DNA of 64,000 nucleotides from Amoebidium appalachense. Its lineage: Eukaryota > Protista > Ichthyosporea. Below the pieces are notes generated by a model, which was given only the letters and a program-made list of their open reading frames with translations, did not search any database and had not been told where the DNA came from. The position numbers and the translations under genes are program-made. This document shows positions 1 to 19,120 of the stretch, in pieces. How positions within the stretch are numbered: position 1 is the first letter of the stretch; every line of letters begins with the position of its first letter. The DNA lies in the NCBI GenBank assembly GCA_963693365.1, contig CAVNZM010000006.1:1426001-1490000 (forward strand), written 5' to 3'.

Positions 1-1535
1 CTGGTTGGAGCCGGTGTATGGCTATGTGTTGCAATGGACACTGTAAACAATGATATACACGGCAATCGGTAAAGTGAGGTGTCAATCGATGGTCAAACAA
101 GCCTTATTGTAAAGTATCCTCACGGACACTTCAGTGTAAAATGTATGTGTATGAGTGTAAACGGGGTTCACTCTGAACTGGATTTCAGAGGATCGATGCG
201 TGCGTTTATATACGGATGGTCGACCCGGACAAGATTACTTGACCAATTACACAACTCCCTAGCCGACCAATCATATTACAGATTAGTACAGGGCTAGTAA
301 TTACTGTGTGTGACTACTTGGTCTCTTGCCGGTTCTAACACTCATATATAATCTTTACTGCTGCATGACTTATGACTTACACAGCCCCGAAATATACTCC
401 AAATAAACAGGTACCAGTACTTTTCCTGTTTATGACTTTGGTTACCAGTTACCTTTCGGAGTGCTGTCTCTCTCACATGTGTAACTGCAGGTTTACAACG
501 ACCACTCATTGCAGCTGGACTTTACCGGGATGCCCTCAACATGACTGGTCGAATATGAGACTCCCCAATCACTCACAACCTGCTTGTTAGTTATTCGTTC
601 TCTATGGCCGCAGCATTTACGTGTTCCAATCAACACAGAAGAGGCCATAAGTGTCCACTCACGCGAGTCTCACTGTAGTTCGTTTCCAAGTAACCGAACA
701 TATGTAATTGTATTTGATCATCCGATTGGAAAAGCAGATATAACATTTATGATTGGCTCATTCATCAGCAAACGCCGACATCTGACTGGATGAGCCGGCA
801 CCGACGAATTGTAAATAAAGCAAATAGATCTGAATAGATCTGAATCGATCGATTGACACGAATGCTCGCCGCGGAGACATAACACTTATTATATCCAAAA
901 TTCAATAGCGTTGGCTAATCCGCGGATTTGATAGGTCATAACTCGATAGCGGGGATACAATCGAAGGTAGCCCTACGTGTCGTAACGAGAAACTCTGCCA
1001 AGGGGTATTTATGATTGGTCCAGATCGAATCCGGTTCGATCCGATTAGCCATATAAGGAAACTGCAAAAAACCGTTTTTACGAAAGGTAGCCCTACGTCT
1101 TTCGACCCACAATGCAAGGGCCCCCTACGGGTACGGGGTCTAAATGTAATACATGCGAGCCAGTACATTGGATTATGTAAGATAAACACAACAATTTTGA
1201 ATAGCAGGTATGCCGCGAAACCAGAAAGGTTCGTAGAGTGAATAAGTTAAGAACTAGTAAAAATCATGGAAATAAGAAAGAAAACATAGAAGTTAGAAGA
1301 AAGAGACATATATATATCTATCTAGTGGTGCCGGGTGTAGAAGGTGTAGTGTGTGCGCGTATGTGAGAATCCGTTATGCATTTTGGAATGTGATCATGGC
1401 ATTGTGGAATGTTACCAAAGTGTAGTGAACGATCGCGATCGGAAAAATAGAGATGGAAACATGGTGAGAGAGAGAGAGAGAGAGAATGAGAGACTCGGGA
1501 AGAGAGAGAGACAGCAGAGAGAGTCGGAGGAAGAG

Positions 1536-1571
<36 letters not shown>

Positions 1572-2059
1572 AGAAGAAGAGTGAGAGAGGAGAGAGAGAC
1601 GGAGATATGTGTATGCACATGTGTGTGTGTATGCGTGTGTGTTTGACGGGGGAGGGGGGGTAGGGGATGGGGGGGGTATGGGTTGGGGGGGGGGGGGGGG
1701 GGGGGGAGGAGGCTACGTGTATGTTGTGTTTTGGGAGGAAGAGTTAGTGTTGATGTGAACGTGAGCACACAGGGGAGCCATGATCGAATACTAAATCTAT
1801 ATGTCGAAGTGTTTAGGCTATCCGGGAAACATAGGGAGAGAGAAAGAAATGTCAGTGGGAGAAGGTTGTTAGTTGATGTGACTGTATGATGGGTTTGGTG
1901 GTGGTGTGTGCGTAGGTATGTGTGACAGTATGTGTATTTGTGCGTGTGTGTGTGTGTGTGCATGTGTGTTTATATCAAACTGTGCGCCAAATGGGACGGG
2001 AGTGTGTTAAAGGGGGAGGGTTTGGTGTTGGTGTTGGTGTATGTGTAGGTATGTGGGAC

Positions 2060-2103
<44 letters not shown>

Positions 2104-2125
2104 GCGTGTGTGTGTGTGGTGTGTA

Positions 2126-2168
<43 letters not shown>

Positions 2169-2756
2169 GCGCCCAAGCGCCCGCGTGCGCGCGCGCGCGT
2201 GTGAGCATGCGAGCATGCGAGCGTGCGTGCATATGTGTGTGTGTGCGTGTGGGCGTGCGTACGTCCGCGCACGCGCGCGCGCGCGTGTGTGTGCGTGCAT
2301 GTGTGCGTACGTACGTGCGTGTGTGCTTGCCAGCGCCCTGTGAACAAATGTGCGTGCACGACGGATGAGTGTGTGTGTCTGCCATTGCGGACCGGGTATG
2401 GGAATGTGTGTGTGCGTGAGTGGGTGGGTCATCTTTCACTAACAAACTTCGGACAAAAACAGCAGCGTCTATAGCCAACATCCATGTCAGTACTGAGAGC
2501 TCCATTGACTGCCAACCCTGTTGCACAAAAAGACTCCAGTGGCACACAGAGAGCAAATTTTAATGCTCTCTTACCCGATGTCACCAAAATATATATGCTT
2601 AACAGTCTGTCAAGTCACCGATCTGTGCAGACTGGCCCTGCCAAAACTTCGTTATCGTGCAGCGCAGTTTGCACTATCCATCAAATTGTATTAATTGCTT
2701 GATGCCGTAGCTTAAAAACTTAACTCTATTTTGAACATATATATACTTCAACATTA

Positions 2757-2862
2757 GTGACCGCAATTGCTACAAAGTGATCGTGAGTACAAATAGTAAC
2801 AGCATAATGTGACCACAATTGCTACAAAGTGATCGAGAGTACAAATAGTAACTGCAATGTGA
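2757..2862. repeat. Tandem duplication of ~52-bp unit (x2)
   Basis: gtgacc(g/a)caattgctacaaagtgatcg(t/a)gagtacaaatagtaac occurs twice in succession. Confidence 0.85.
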
Positions 2863-3222
2863 TCAAGACTATTTGTCACAGTGGTTATAAAACTATGTCT
2901 AAGTTCAAGTTATGGAAAGGAGTTGTCGTATGAAAACTATCGCGGAGTTCACGGCATGATCAGAAATAAACGCGACATGCCTCAATTTTCAACACGTACT
3001 AATACTAGTTTATACTGTAAAAGGCATTTAATTAATATTGATGTACTCAGTGGATATCCCGCCCATCTGGCAGTAAACCACCTCGGGGTTGTGACAGTTG
3101 CCACAAACCCTCTTATACTTAAGTTAACTTAGTACGATTCACCAAGACATCAGTCATCAGTATTAACTATCCATTCATTTGCTATTAACCGTTCTTCAGA
3201 AAGGTAGCATAATATAGCCACA

Positions 3223-8193
<4,971 letters not shown>

Positions 8194-9910
8194 CTGCAGA
8201 GAGGGATGAGACGAAGTCAAAAGACATTGACAAGATAAGGGAAAATGCGGAGGAAGGAACAGGAGATTTATTCCGTGCCTCCATAAGCGGTGTTACATAG
8301 CGCAACACAGGCGTGCACGTGTGTACTATAGTAGATGCTGTGTAGAAGCGTCTATTCACGACATACATGTGCACAATGTATGCATACAAAGCAATCAACT
8401 CAGATGGGAAGTAAGAAAGCAATTGTGTCTCACTTTCAGAAAAATGATGGTTTGAATGTATTCTAGGGAGCCAAACAAACGACACGAAGCTTTTCCCCGC
8501 ACGCCTATATATTTAGTTCTTTGGTCCGTGCAAGTGGCGAGGCTCGAGCTCCAGCTACATGTCGGACTCTTAAGCCACGTCTGACTCGGAGTGAGCGTTT
8601 TGGCCATGACCCGCATGGTGCTCCATACGTTTGAATCCTAACCGAGGTCTCCACCGGCCCCACATCATCCCTTTAATAAATCATCCGATGATACTGGACA
8701 TACATGCATGTACGTGCACGGTGGCACCGATGGCCCGCAAGCAGCTGCAGAGCCACGTGACAACCCGGATAAATGAACGGTGGCTGTTGACCCAGGTGAA
8801 CCTAATACTAATAAAAAAAAAGTCACCGTAACGGTCGAACTCTGTAACAGTTCCGTGTGCATGGCAGCTATCGGTTGTGTTTGTCTGTCTCAAATTTTAT
8901 AGTCACTTGCAGTCAATAATCTTTGAGATATATCATAATCAGTATGCTCGGAGAACTGCGCATAGAGTCTAATACCTTATTTGAAAGTAACAGTGTCACT
9001 GGGCCTGACAGTCACGTTGTTGTTGAAAAAGTTTAGTGTGCCACGGCCGCGGTGTGCAGCTTGAGGTTGCATGCCACATACAGGCAGACTCCATATACAG
9101 AGCATTCCATCAGAATCAGGTCAATAGAGACCCTAAAGCACACGAGTACTCGGTCTGCAGCTGGCCGCACAACCGTTACGTGAGTCTGTCCACATACACA
9201 TGCACAGGCCGCAAACAAACACACACGGACACACACGAACTTCAACACACACAGACACGTGATTGGCTACCTAAGCCTCCTCTTCGAGAAGCCCGTATTT
9301 GAAATGGGGCCGGACCTATTACAACAATAATAGGAGCAACTAGTCACGACACTATGTCGCCTCGAGTCCTGCCCTTGAAAAACAGAAGAGTAAGTTTCTT
9401 CTTACTCAGCCACTGGAAGGCGTCAGTGGCTTCAGATTGAGTATGCGTTAAGGCGCGCAGTGTAAGACTTTGCCTGTGAGTCCCAGATATCATGCTCATG
9501 GCACCATTTATTGAAATTCATGGTCTACAGGCATGGACGCTGGCCTCCCGAGAGGTCATGTGGATAAGTCAGAGACGTGTGTATGAAAGTTGTTTGCCAC
9601 ATTGGCAGGTTGTCGGAACACCGTGGCACCGCTAGCCTACCCAGCTACGTCAGCAGGCCCAGGCCGGGGGTTCGATGCCCCCCCCCCCCCCCCCCCCCCC
9701 CTTTTAATTCGTGGCCTTTGACAATGTGCCTTTTCTCCAACACCGGGTTACCCCCACCCCTCCTCCTGCAAGTGGCACCTGTTTACTCACGTAACCATTT
9801 GCCAACCGAACCAACTGCCACTGCGGCGCTTACACACGAATCTCACCACCCCATCACACCCTGGTCCCAACGATTACCCTCCACCCACGCTGGCAGCCCC
9901 TCCCCCCTTC

Positions 9911-9946
<36 letters not shown>

Positions 9947-10876
9947 TGCGCGTTCCACACAAACACGCACACAAACCGTCACACACAGACACACACAAAC
10001 ACACGCACGTACCTTTCGCATAGTGCGCGGCATATGCCCGATAGCTAAAGCTGAGCCATCGCCGGATATGCCGCCATTTTTTTGAGTGCACAATCCAGGC
10101 TGCCTAACTTCAGGAGCTTGATGGCTGGGTCATTTCTGGGCCACTGATATCGCCCCTGTACCTTGTCCTGCTGTACAGAGTGGAAAATAAATACTGGGAA
10201 AGAGAAAACAAAGGCAAAGCGGCTTACAACCGGAAAATGGGGGGCTATGTGTGCGTGGGGGAAGGGGGAGGCCCCGGGGGGCCTGGGGAATGGCTTTGAA
10301 AATGAACCAATTGTTTCACTCAAAACATGACACACGCACAAACGCCGCGTGACGTGAATGCTATGTGACATGCGCATACACACGCACACACAAACATCCC
10401 CCCCCCCCCCCCCCCCCCTTCCCTCCCACTCTCCCCCCCGGGCCAGTCCCCTGCTGTGTGTGTGTGTGTGTGTGTGTAAGGTTGTGTATGTGTGCACACG
10501 TGTGTGTACTTGTACAGTGTGTATGTGTGTGTGTCTGTGTGTGTGTCTGACGGTTTAAACTTTGCCAACTTGATGTGTCTGTGTGTGTCTGTGTGCGTGC
10601 GTGCACGTGTGTGTGCATGCATAGTGTGTACGTTTATGTGTGTGTGTGCACGCATGTATGCACGAAGGAACTCAAAAGGAACCGTGAACGAATCACTCTG
10701 CATAGACAGAGGAAATTGTGAGAGTAATTGCAGGTTGTGGTGGTCACGTGCATGTGTTGGTATTGGGGGCTCAGTGATGTACCGTGAACGGGAGGGAGGG
10801 GGGACGGGGAGAGGGGGAGGGGGGAGGAGGGGTTGAGAGGCCCGGGGGGAGAAGGGGGGAGGGGGGGGGGGGGGGA

Positions 10877-10908
<32 letters not shown>

Positions 10909-11902
10909 AGATCGCATGACTTATTTTTTAAGGTTCAGAAATCTTGATACAAGGCATGATGATGCAGGACCGGATACTCGTGTCAAGGTGTGTGTGTGTG
11001 TTGGGGGGAGGGAGAGGGGGGGAGGGGGGAGGGGGAGGGGGGGGGGGGGGGGGGGAGACTGGGTGCGGAGGGTGGAATAGGGGACGACGGCAGCGGCAGC
11101 GGCGGGCGGGGGGGGGGGGGGGGGGAGAAGGGTTGCAGAAATTCAACCATCCTCTTTGAAAAAAGGGTGTGGTGGTAGAAGAATGCAGACATGAATAGGT
11201 TCGATGGGACCAAGAGGGAGGGGGGAAAGGGGGGAAGGAACTCGTGCTAAGCAACGGATCAACGGTTGATAGTGGAAGTGAGGGAGGCGGGGACGGTGGG
11301 GGGGCAGAAGAGGGAACGGTTCAACGGTGTCATTTGTTTGATTCAATGATCGCTGGGGGAGGGAGGGGCCTATGACTTTTCTTTGTTAAAGAAAAAAAAA
11401 TTAGGAGAGTGGAAGGGGGGGGGGGGGGGGGATTAGAGCGCAATACACGGTACCCAGGGTATGAAAAATGGCATTACATATATTAAGCAACACAGGTTCA
11501 TGCACTGGGCAGTGCATGTGCATGGGTACACACAGGGGCACAAACTTTGTAACACACTCATGCGTACCTGAAAACCATTAAACAATCACGCGCATGCACA
11601 GGCACATGTGCATTCGGATATACACATACATGATATGACTAAAAAAAAAAAAAAAAGGAATATACATACCGACACAAACGGTACATACACCAGAGGAAAC
11701 ACTGGAAACAAAACCAATGAAAAAGAAGAAAGACTCAGAGAAGAGAAAAAAAAGAATGAAGGAAGGCGGGAGAGGAGGGGAAGGTGAACACGCGCTAGAA
11801 AGAGCAAGAGAGACGAAAGGAAGGGGGAGGGGAAGGGGAGGGGAGGGAGAGGCGGTGTGAAAAGGAGGGGGGAAGGGGACCAGGAGAGGGGGGGGGGGGG
11901 GG

Positions 11903-11986
11903 TTTAATTGCGGAACACGGTACGAAGTACGCATACACGATGAGAAGCATGGTACAGGACACACGCAAAGGCAAACATTCAAGTAT
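11903..11986 (-). mobile_element. Truncated copy (3' end) of the ~450-nt poly-C-associated dispersed element
   Basis: Reverse complement matches atacttgaatgtttgcctttg...cttcgtaccgtgttccgca of the copies at 24695-24895 and 61805-62281; flanked on both sides by poly-G. Confidence 0.85.
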
Positions 11987-12046
11987 AGAGGGGGGGGGGG
12001 GGGGGGGGGGGAGAAGGAGGGGGAGGAGGGGGGGGAGGGGAAGAGG

Positions 12047-12107
<61 letters not shown>

Positions 12108-12230
12108 CAATAAAGAGAGAGAGGGAGAGAAAGGGGGAGAGAGGGAGAGAGAGGGAGATAGGGAAAAAAATGCGAGAGAGAAAGGGAGAGACATGGAGAC
12201 ACACACACAGAGAGAGAGAGAGATAGACTC

Positions 12231-12266
<36 letters not shown>

Positions 12267-12336
12267 CGGGGGGGGGGGGGGGGGGGGGGGAAGGATAGAG
12301 AGAGAGAGAGATAGTGTGTGTGTCTGTGTGTGTGTG

Positions 12337-12428
<92 letters not shown>

Positions 12429-12921
12429 GAGAGAGAGAGAGAGCGAGAGAGAGAAGGGGGGGGGGGGGGGGGGAAAGGGAGGGAGGGAGTGAGGAAAGAG
12501 GGAGGTAGCCTAAGAGGGCGCAAGGGAGAGGGGGGAGGGGGGGGGGGGTGGGAGGGACGGATGTGTGCATGGTTGTCAGTGTGGCATGCTTCATGACCTT
12601 CACATTATCACACAGTGGCGAGTTACCTGGTGGTAGCACTGCCATATTAGCCACGTCATTTGCCACATGTTGTTGCTGCATGTGCGGTTGGGTGCACTAA
12701 GAAAATGTGCCCACAACGTGTGATGTCATATAACTCGTCTATTACGTAGGTGCATCCGCACATCCATGGCCATATAATTTGGAGCAGCCTGCGGAATCAA
12801 GTATTAGACTCGCATGCCGTACTACACACACCCCCGTACAAGCACCCCCACGTGCCACGGCAGGTGCAAAGCCACCCAGAAGAGAGAGAGAGAAAGATAG
12901 AAAGAAAGAGAAAAGAGAGAG

Positions 12922-12966
<45 letters not shown>

Positions 12967-14514
12967 TGTAGAGAGGCTGGAGGGAGAGACGGACACATGC
13001 ATGCACACACAGGTAGTGACAGAACCAGAATATGCCAAAGTTTGGAAACAGTGGTTATGAGCTCGAGCATGGACATGTTGTCTCTCTTGTAGCGGAAAAC
13101 CTGTCATGTTGAACAAGAGTGCATATAGACCAGCATGCATACATACCTACCGCGCGCAGACATATACATACACACTTTCCACGTGTGCTTAGCACGCGCG
13201 GAAGCACGGACGCACGGACGCACACGCGCACGCACCCACACACGCATGCACGCACAGACGCACGCACACACACACGCTCGCACGCACACATGCACGCACG
13301 CAAGCACACACGCAAGCACGCACACACGCACAGCTCGCAAGCACGTACGCACGACTGGCACACACACATATACGCGCGGCAGCAGCCGGAGTGTGCAAAC
13401 TACACCTGGCTAGTATGGCTGCTACTGTTATTAGCGCCAGTGACACACAAAACTTGCTGCCTTGGCCACCGTTGTTACTCACTCACTAGACATAGCCAAA
13501 GCTTTCTCGAAACACACTAGGCACAGTAAGAAAAACAGGCTGAAGTGTACCCCCAGAGTGCACCCTGGTGTGTGAATGCAGCATAGCACATCTGAACCCT
13601 TTAACCCACCTATAGCATACGCCTGCAGAAAGATAGCAAAGGTTCTGCACTGCGCAAACACTCCCGCTTTCCATTTGTACAGATCACATGCACCCGTGAC
13701 CTGAGGAGCATCCAATTCCAAGTGCGCTTGCACAGGCGCTCACAGGCACTCATGTAGGTGAGTACACGTACGCGTGCGCGTGCGCGTGCGCGTACACATG
13801 GACTCACACATGCATGCAGAGAAATTCAAAAAATAAAACGCAATCCTCGAGCACACAGACACGATCATCCAGCAGGAAAATACATATCATATGATGTGCG
13901 ATCACACAATGGGTATACCACACGTAGTTGTGCTTACCTGTTTACTTAACATATGTAACAGCAGTACCAAGCCAGTCTGGAAGGATTTCTATCCCAGGAT
14001 GGGTGGGTATCATCACAGCTCGTTTAACTTGAAACATCGGATGCCGAGGCCGTGTGCAGAAACCGTTAGAGCCTCTTTATATATCGGGTGAATATGGTGG
14101 GTGGAAGTTTAATGTGAAAAAGAGTACCGGAAAATGAGAAGGTTTATAGTGCCTAGTGTGTGCCCGTAACGGTCTATAGTATCCCCAGTACTATATGGAG
14201 GGGGGGGGGAGGGGGGGGGGGGGGGGGGGGGGGGGGAACATCGTATTAAATAGCGTGCATTGCATGTGCATACGGTATATGCTGCTATCGTTTGAACTGA
14301 TACGTCGTGAGATTCAAAATACGGTATACAGACACATACGCCTATGCATACATATGCCTGGATGCAAGCACTACATATGCAAGCTGTTTCACTGGCATGT
14401 GCCGTTTGCCCAACATGACGCCTCAGCCTCGATAAGTCTCCCGCTACGTACTGGGCCCCGCGAACGTGGGTGGCTCAGTGACGTCATAAGTTTTCTTTCC
14501 AGATCACAGATATA

Positions 14515-15943
14515 AGGGGGTCTTTAGGTGAAAATCAAGAAGAAAAAATTTTTTTTTTTTTCTTTTGACTGGATTTATTCGACGGAAAGATATGCAAGTA
14601 TGCACGGCATACTGAGAAGACAATAAAAACTTCACGAGTTATCCAGTAACAAGTGCATACTGAGATACCCGAACACTGTGTGAAAATCATATAAATACTC
14701 AATGTGACGACCAACAGAATTCAACAAAAAGTCTAAAGTGTTCACATTGCCAGCTAGTGTAGCAGATACCCGGAGGGAAAGAGGTAAAACGCGACATAAA
14801 AATTCACACCTTATCAACATGCTTGCGATTAAAAAGGTCAGCACAAAAGTGGCACCAGCGGCGATGAAAACAAGAATTACAGCGCCACTGCACAACTTCC
14901 CAGACAATATCAACATCAGAGCACCATACAGACTTATCTACTAGGGTGGTATCCATACGTACAGCAGGAGAAATGTATCCTGCCAAGAAAATTCAGTCAA
15001 AAGAACTTGAAATTGATTTGTTGAAATATAGTCGACACCTCGAGTTCGTAACCTGGCCGGCGGCCACAAGCGGTTCGAGGATGTATTTTCATACAATGTT
15101 CAAGTGTCTTTTATATGCCATTTCTTTTGTTTATTTATCTTTCTCGCCCTGCATGCTTACACCTCTATGATATGAGGCTCTACAGTATCGGTTGAATAAA
15201 TGCAGTCGACTTCAGAAGTAGTGATTCAAGAATTTTAACCTGATTCTTCCTCTCGCTATCTCACTCCCTCTTTCTTTTCTCTTCCTGTTTTTTTTCTGCC
15301 TTTTCGCGTTATTACCATACGCAGTATAAGTTTCTTTCTCGTTCTGATAGAGAAATCAAAGGTAAAACTCAGTCGGCATGTGTTATGTTCCTCAGGCAAC
15401 ACCGTACTGATCATTATCGCTTTTTGGGAGCTTTGGCAGGATATATTTCTCCTGCTGTACGTATGGATACCACCCTAGTAGATAAGTCTGTATGGTGCTC
15501 TGATGTTGATATTGCCTGGGAAGTTGTGCAGTGGCGTTGTAATTTTTGTTTTCATCGCCGCTGGTGCCACTTTTGTGCTGAACCATGTTGATAGGTGTGA
15601 GTTTTTATGTCGCGTTTTACCTCTTTCCCTACGGGTGTCTGCTACACTGGCTGGCAATGTGATCACTTTTGACTTTTTGTTGAACTCTGTTGGTCGTCAC
15701 ATTGAGTATTTATATGATTTTCACACAGTGTTCAGGTATCTCAGTATGCATTTGTTACTGGATAACCCGTGAAGTAAAAGAAAAAGTTTTTTTATTGTCT
15801 TCTCAGTATGCCGTGCATACTTGCATATCTTTCCGTCGAATAAATCCAGTCAAAAGGGAAAAAAAATAAATAAATAAAGAAAATTCAAGGAATCAACTCA
15901 AATTACTCAATCAAGACAATTTTGACCTGCTCAAAAACCCCCT
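14515..15943. mobile_element. Foldback/long-TIR non-autonomous DNA transposon-like element
   Basis: 14563-14986 is the reverse complement of 15433-15855 (~420-bp arms with a few substitutions and two indels), with a ~445-bp spacer; degenerate outer ends AGGGGGT...ACCCCCT; no transposase or clear TSD seen. Confidence 0.75.
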
Positions 15944-16631
15944 CTTGTCACAGGGCGGCGATCTGCAAAATATTTAAGCCAAATATGGCCAATACGCAAA
16001 GCCGATCTAGCCTTATTTAGTAACCACAACAAATAACACGTGTGCTACGTTGATATCATGTACATGTGAGTGGTGACAAGTTACTACTGACTGACTGAAA
16101 TCAGTCGCCTGTCCGCCCGGGATAGCTTGTATTCCGGATCCAGCATGCACCAGAACCCTTCTACATAGACATTAGCAATCAGTTGCGGCGCTGGGGTATA
16201 ATAAGCTCCCACAGACAGGCCCATGGACAGCATACTTCCCAATCGCCAAAGTTTAACTTAAAAATTTTCCTGCGAACACCAGCTGAGACAGAGTGAAAGC
16301 ATTTTGGAAAAGTAACCGAAAACATGTGAAAGCAGCTTGGAAAGATAACTAAACCAAGTCTGAATAGTGGCAACATAGTTTCTTTATATCTTTCATAGAT
16401 CCCTTTCTCAAAAGTTTGAAAACGAAAAAAATTACTCCTCTAAGACTTGTGCAAGGTACACCATTTACCTCAATTGACATGTCATCCACACTGTTTTACC
16501 TAACTTCTGTGTTGTCGGGTCCTCTTCGTCTCAGTGCAGTCTCCTTTCCTTTGTTCCCACTTTTCTTCACCGGCATACACCACTCTCTACGTCTTACCAT
16601 CTTCCACCCGTCAAACACACAGGCAGCCACC

Positions 16632-17123
16632 ATGCATTTTCTACGTGCCGTCAGCGCTCATCCCAACAGCAAAACCGCAGAGGCCCTTGCCAACGGTGGA
16701 TGGCCCAGCCCACGCCAATGCCCCGCCACAAAGAAAACAGAACTGACCTCGGCGGGTGGTGGCTTTGGGTGCGCACCTGTCTATGGAGCAATGAGCTCTA
16801 CCACATCCCCCGCTTTCACCACCGAAAAAACAAAGCCTGTTGTTGTTGTTGAGAAAGTGACCAGTCCGCTCACGCACCTTGGGGTCTCACGTACAAGAGG
16901 GTGGCGCAGCCCCCACATGAGTAGGGGTGTGGAGGGGTTGGAGAGGGGAAAAAGGGGACCCGGAGAGACGTCCCCCCTGCTGGGTGCCAGAAGTGTGGCT
17001 ACATGCAGTCGGTCTCCCTCTCCACTCAGGGAATTTCAAAAACGTGATGGGCCGGGGGTGACTCGAGCTGAGTTCTACGGGGGGGAGGTGGGGCCGTCAA
17101 GGATGGCAGAGGGGGGGGAGTGA
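16632..17123 (+). CDS. Hypothetical 163-aa protein (unspliced ORF)
   Basis: ATG in GCAGCCACCATG context just after a CAG; non-repetitive ORF ending TGATGA; no recognisable domain. Confidence 0.25.
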   Translation: MHFLRAVSAHPNSKTAEALANGGWPSPRQCPATKKTELTSAGGGFGCAPVYGAMSSTTSPAFTTEKTKPVVVVEKVTSPLTHLGVSRTRGWRSPHMSRGVEGLERGKRGPGETSPLLGARSVATCSRSPSPLREFQKRDGPGVTRAEFYGGEVGPSRMAEGGE

Positions 17124-17270
17124 TGAAACTGGAAATGACACCTCAATACTGTACAGTACTGTGTCAGTACCATGTTTTGAACGTCCGGTAGGGGTGGTCC
17201 TTGTGATGTAACGTCAGTTCAAGTGCGCCTCACCCTTTTCCTTTTTCCTTCTCCCTTTTTTTTTTTTTTT

Positions 17271-17318
<48 letters not shown>

Positions 17319-18124
17319 ATCAATTCGACCAGGTTGCACACCACTAAATCATACGGTATTTTCTTGAGCCTTACGAGAGAATAAATCACACAGCTATCGC
17401 TGCTTAGTGATGCTTCGTTCTTTTTTTTCCTGTTTTGTTTCTTCGTCTCAGGGTGTTTCGAAATAGTTTATTTCCACTCTCTCCTACGGCTGTTAGGGAT
17501 CTTGTTTTTCCGATATCATAGTGATTTCATTGGTGTATTTTTGGTGCTTAAATTAAGTTTGTTGACCGTACTGTCCAGACTGTCCTGCAATCACACATCG
17601 GTATACCATATTCCTACTTTTTTGTTTGTTTTTTATCAAGGATGATGATACTTGAAACTAGGTAGCATCATCAGTGTGGATATTCAGAAAGTTGGCGAAT
17701 TCCTACGGCAGAGCTGTCCTGCCATGCCACCCGGATAAACAATAAATATATGACCATCAGGGCCTCATTATCCTTGCAACATGTTGTAACGGGCAACTGT
17801 TTACACCATTATTCGCACACGTGCCATCTCCTTTCTTATATGTGGGTGGGGATGGCTGGGAAACCCTGTGCTAGGCTGCAAACTGATCAGATATCCGAAT
17901 ATGTAGCCTATTAGTAAGCTCGAACGAGGAATACATTTAATATCCCTATTCACTGAGTCACCACACTTGTGCTTCTCAAGCAAAAGGTTGTCACACTGTG
18001 TACTATGTGTGCGGTGCTCGCTTGCCACTTGTGCCCACACCCAAGGGGAAGGGGGAGGCCTGGGGATGGGGGGGGGGGGGGGGGGTTTGAAATCACGGTG
18101 GTGGTGGTAGTGGTCACGGTTAGT

Positions 18125-18175
<51 letters not shown>

Positions 18176-18207
18176 CGGTCCCACACTCACGTGTTTCTGG
18201 GTTCTAA

Positions 18208-18240
<33 letters not shown>

Positions 18241-18290
18241 GTGTGTCGGTCCCACACTCACGTGTTGCTGAGTTCTAATGTGTGTGTGTG
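18125..18290. repeat. Tandem duplication with (GT)n spacers
   Basis: tcggtcccacactcacgtgtt(t/g)ctg(g/a)gttctaatgtgtg occurs twice. Confidence 0.8.
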
Positions 18291-18865
18291 CGCGCGCGCG
18301 TGTGGGGGGGATCTCTGCTGGTTTTTCCTTCTTCTTTTAAAAAAATCATAAAAAATAGAAAGGGCCCTATACAATATCACACACAAACTCACTCACTCAC
18401 TCACTTACGCACGGATATTGTGCGCACATGCACATGCACAAACACACTTTGGCGGATGAATTTATCGGTTCCGAAACACACCAAGAGGGTGAGGGGGACG
18501 GGGGCGCAGCCTCCGTCCCTCCCTCCCTCTTTGCCTCCGTGTGTGTGTGTGTGTGTGTGGGGGGGGAGGGGGGGGGGGGGGGGGAGGGGGGTATGACGGT
18601 ATGGCAATGAGGGGGAGCCTCAGTGGAAAGTCTGCTATGTTGGGTTTAGCAGAAAGAAGAAGCTGTCTAACCTGCAACTTGATTTACTCTAGCGGTTTCT
18701 ACTTTTTTTTGGCTTTATTCACCCGGGTAGGCACCATATCTTACTCATAATTTCACGAGCATCGATATCAGCGGATGTAACTCCGGGAAACTCTACATAA
18801 TGGCTTAATGGATCTGGATCTTGATAAAGAGGGTGGATCTTGTGTGTGTGTGTGTGGGGTGGGGC

Positions 18866-18901
<36 letters not shown>

Positions 18902-19016
18902 GGAGGGGGGAGGGGGGGGGGGGGGGGAGGAGGAGGTACCGAGGATCTGGAAGTTGGATTTGAAAAAGTTTAACGGTTACCGGGGGGGAGGGGGGGGGGG
19001 GGGGGGAGGGGTGCAC

Positions 19017-19120
19017 GGAGAGAGGGGGCTAGATATGGAACTGGACCTTGTATGTGGCGGCGTGTTTGGGGAGAGGGGGCTTTTAGGAACTGGACCTTGT
19101 ATGTGGAGGCATGTTTGGGT
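19017..19120. repeat. Tandem duplication of ~52-bp unit
   Basis: gagagggggct...ggaactggaccttgtatgtgg(c/a)ggc(g/a)tgtttggg occurs twice. Confidence 0.8.

Noticed and set aside
1318-2556. Many long ORFs of poly-HT/CV/P/G/ER here and throughout the window
   Set aside because: They are translations of (CA)n, (GA)n and C/G homopolymers, which lack stop codons; not genes.
8690-10180. Candidate upstream exons of the EGF gene (~8700-8780, ~10013-10170)
   Set aside because: Could not be linked in phase with confidence, and no signal peptide was found; left unannotated.
14632-15772. Paired ORFs in the foldback arms as a transposase remnant
   Set aside because: Short, with no recognisable DDE or zinc-finger motif; their duplication simply reflects the inverted repeat.
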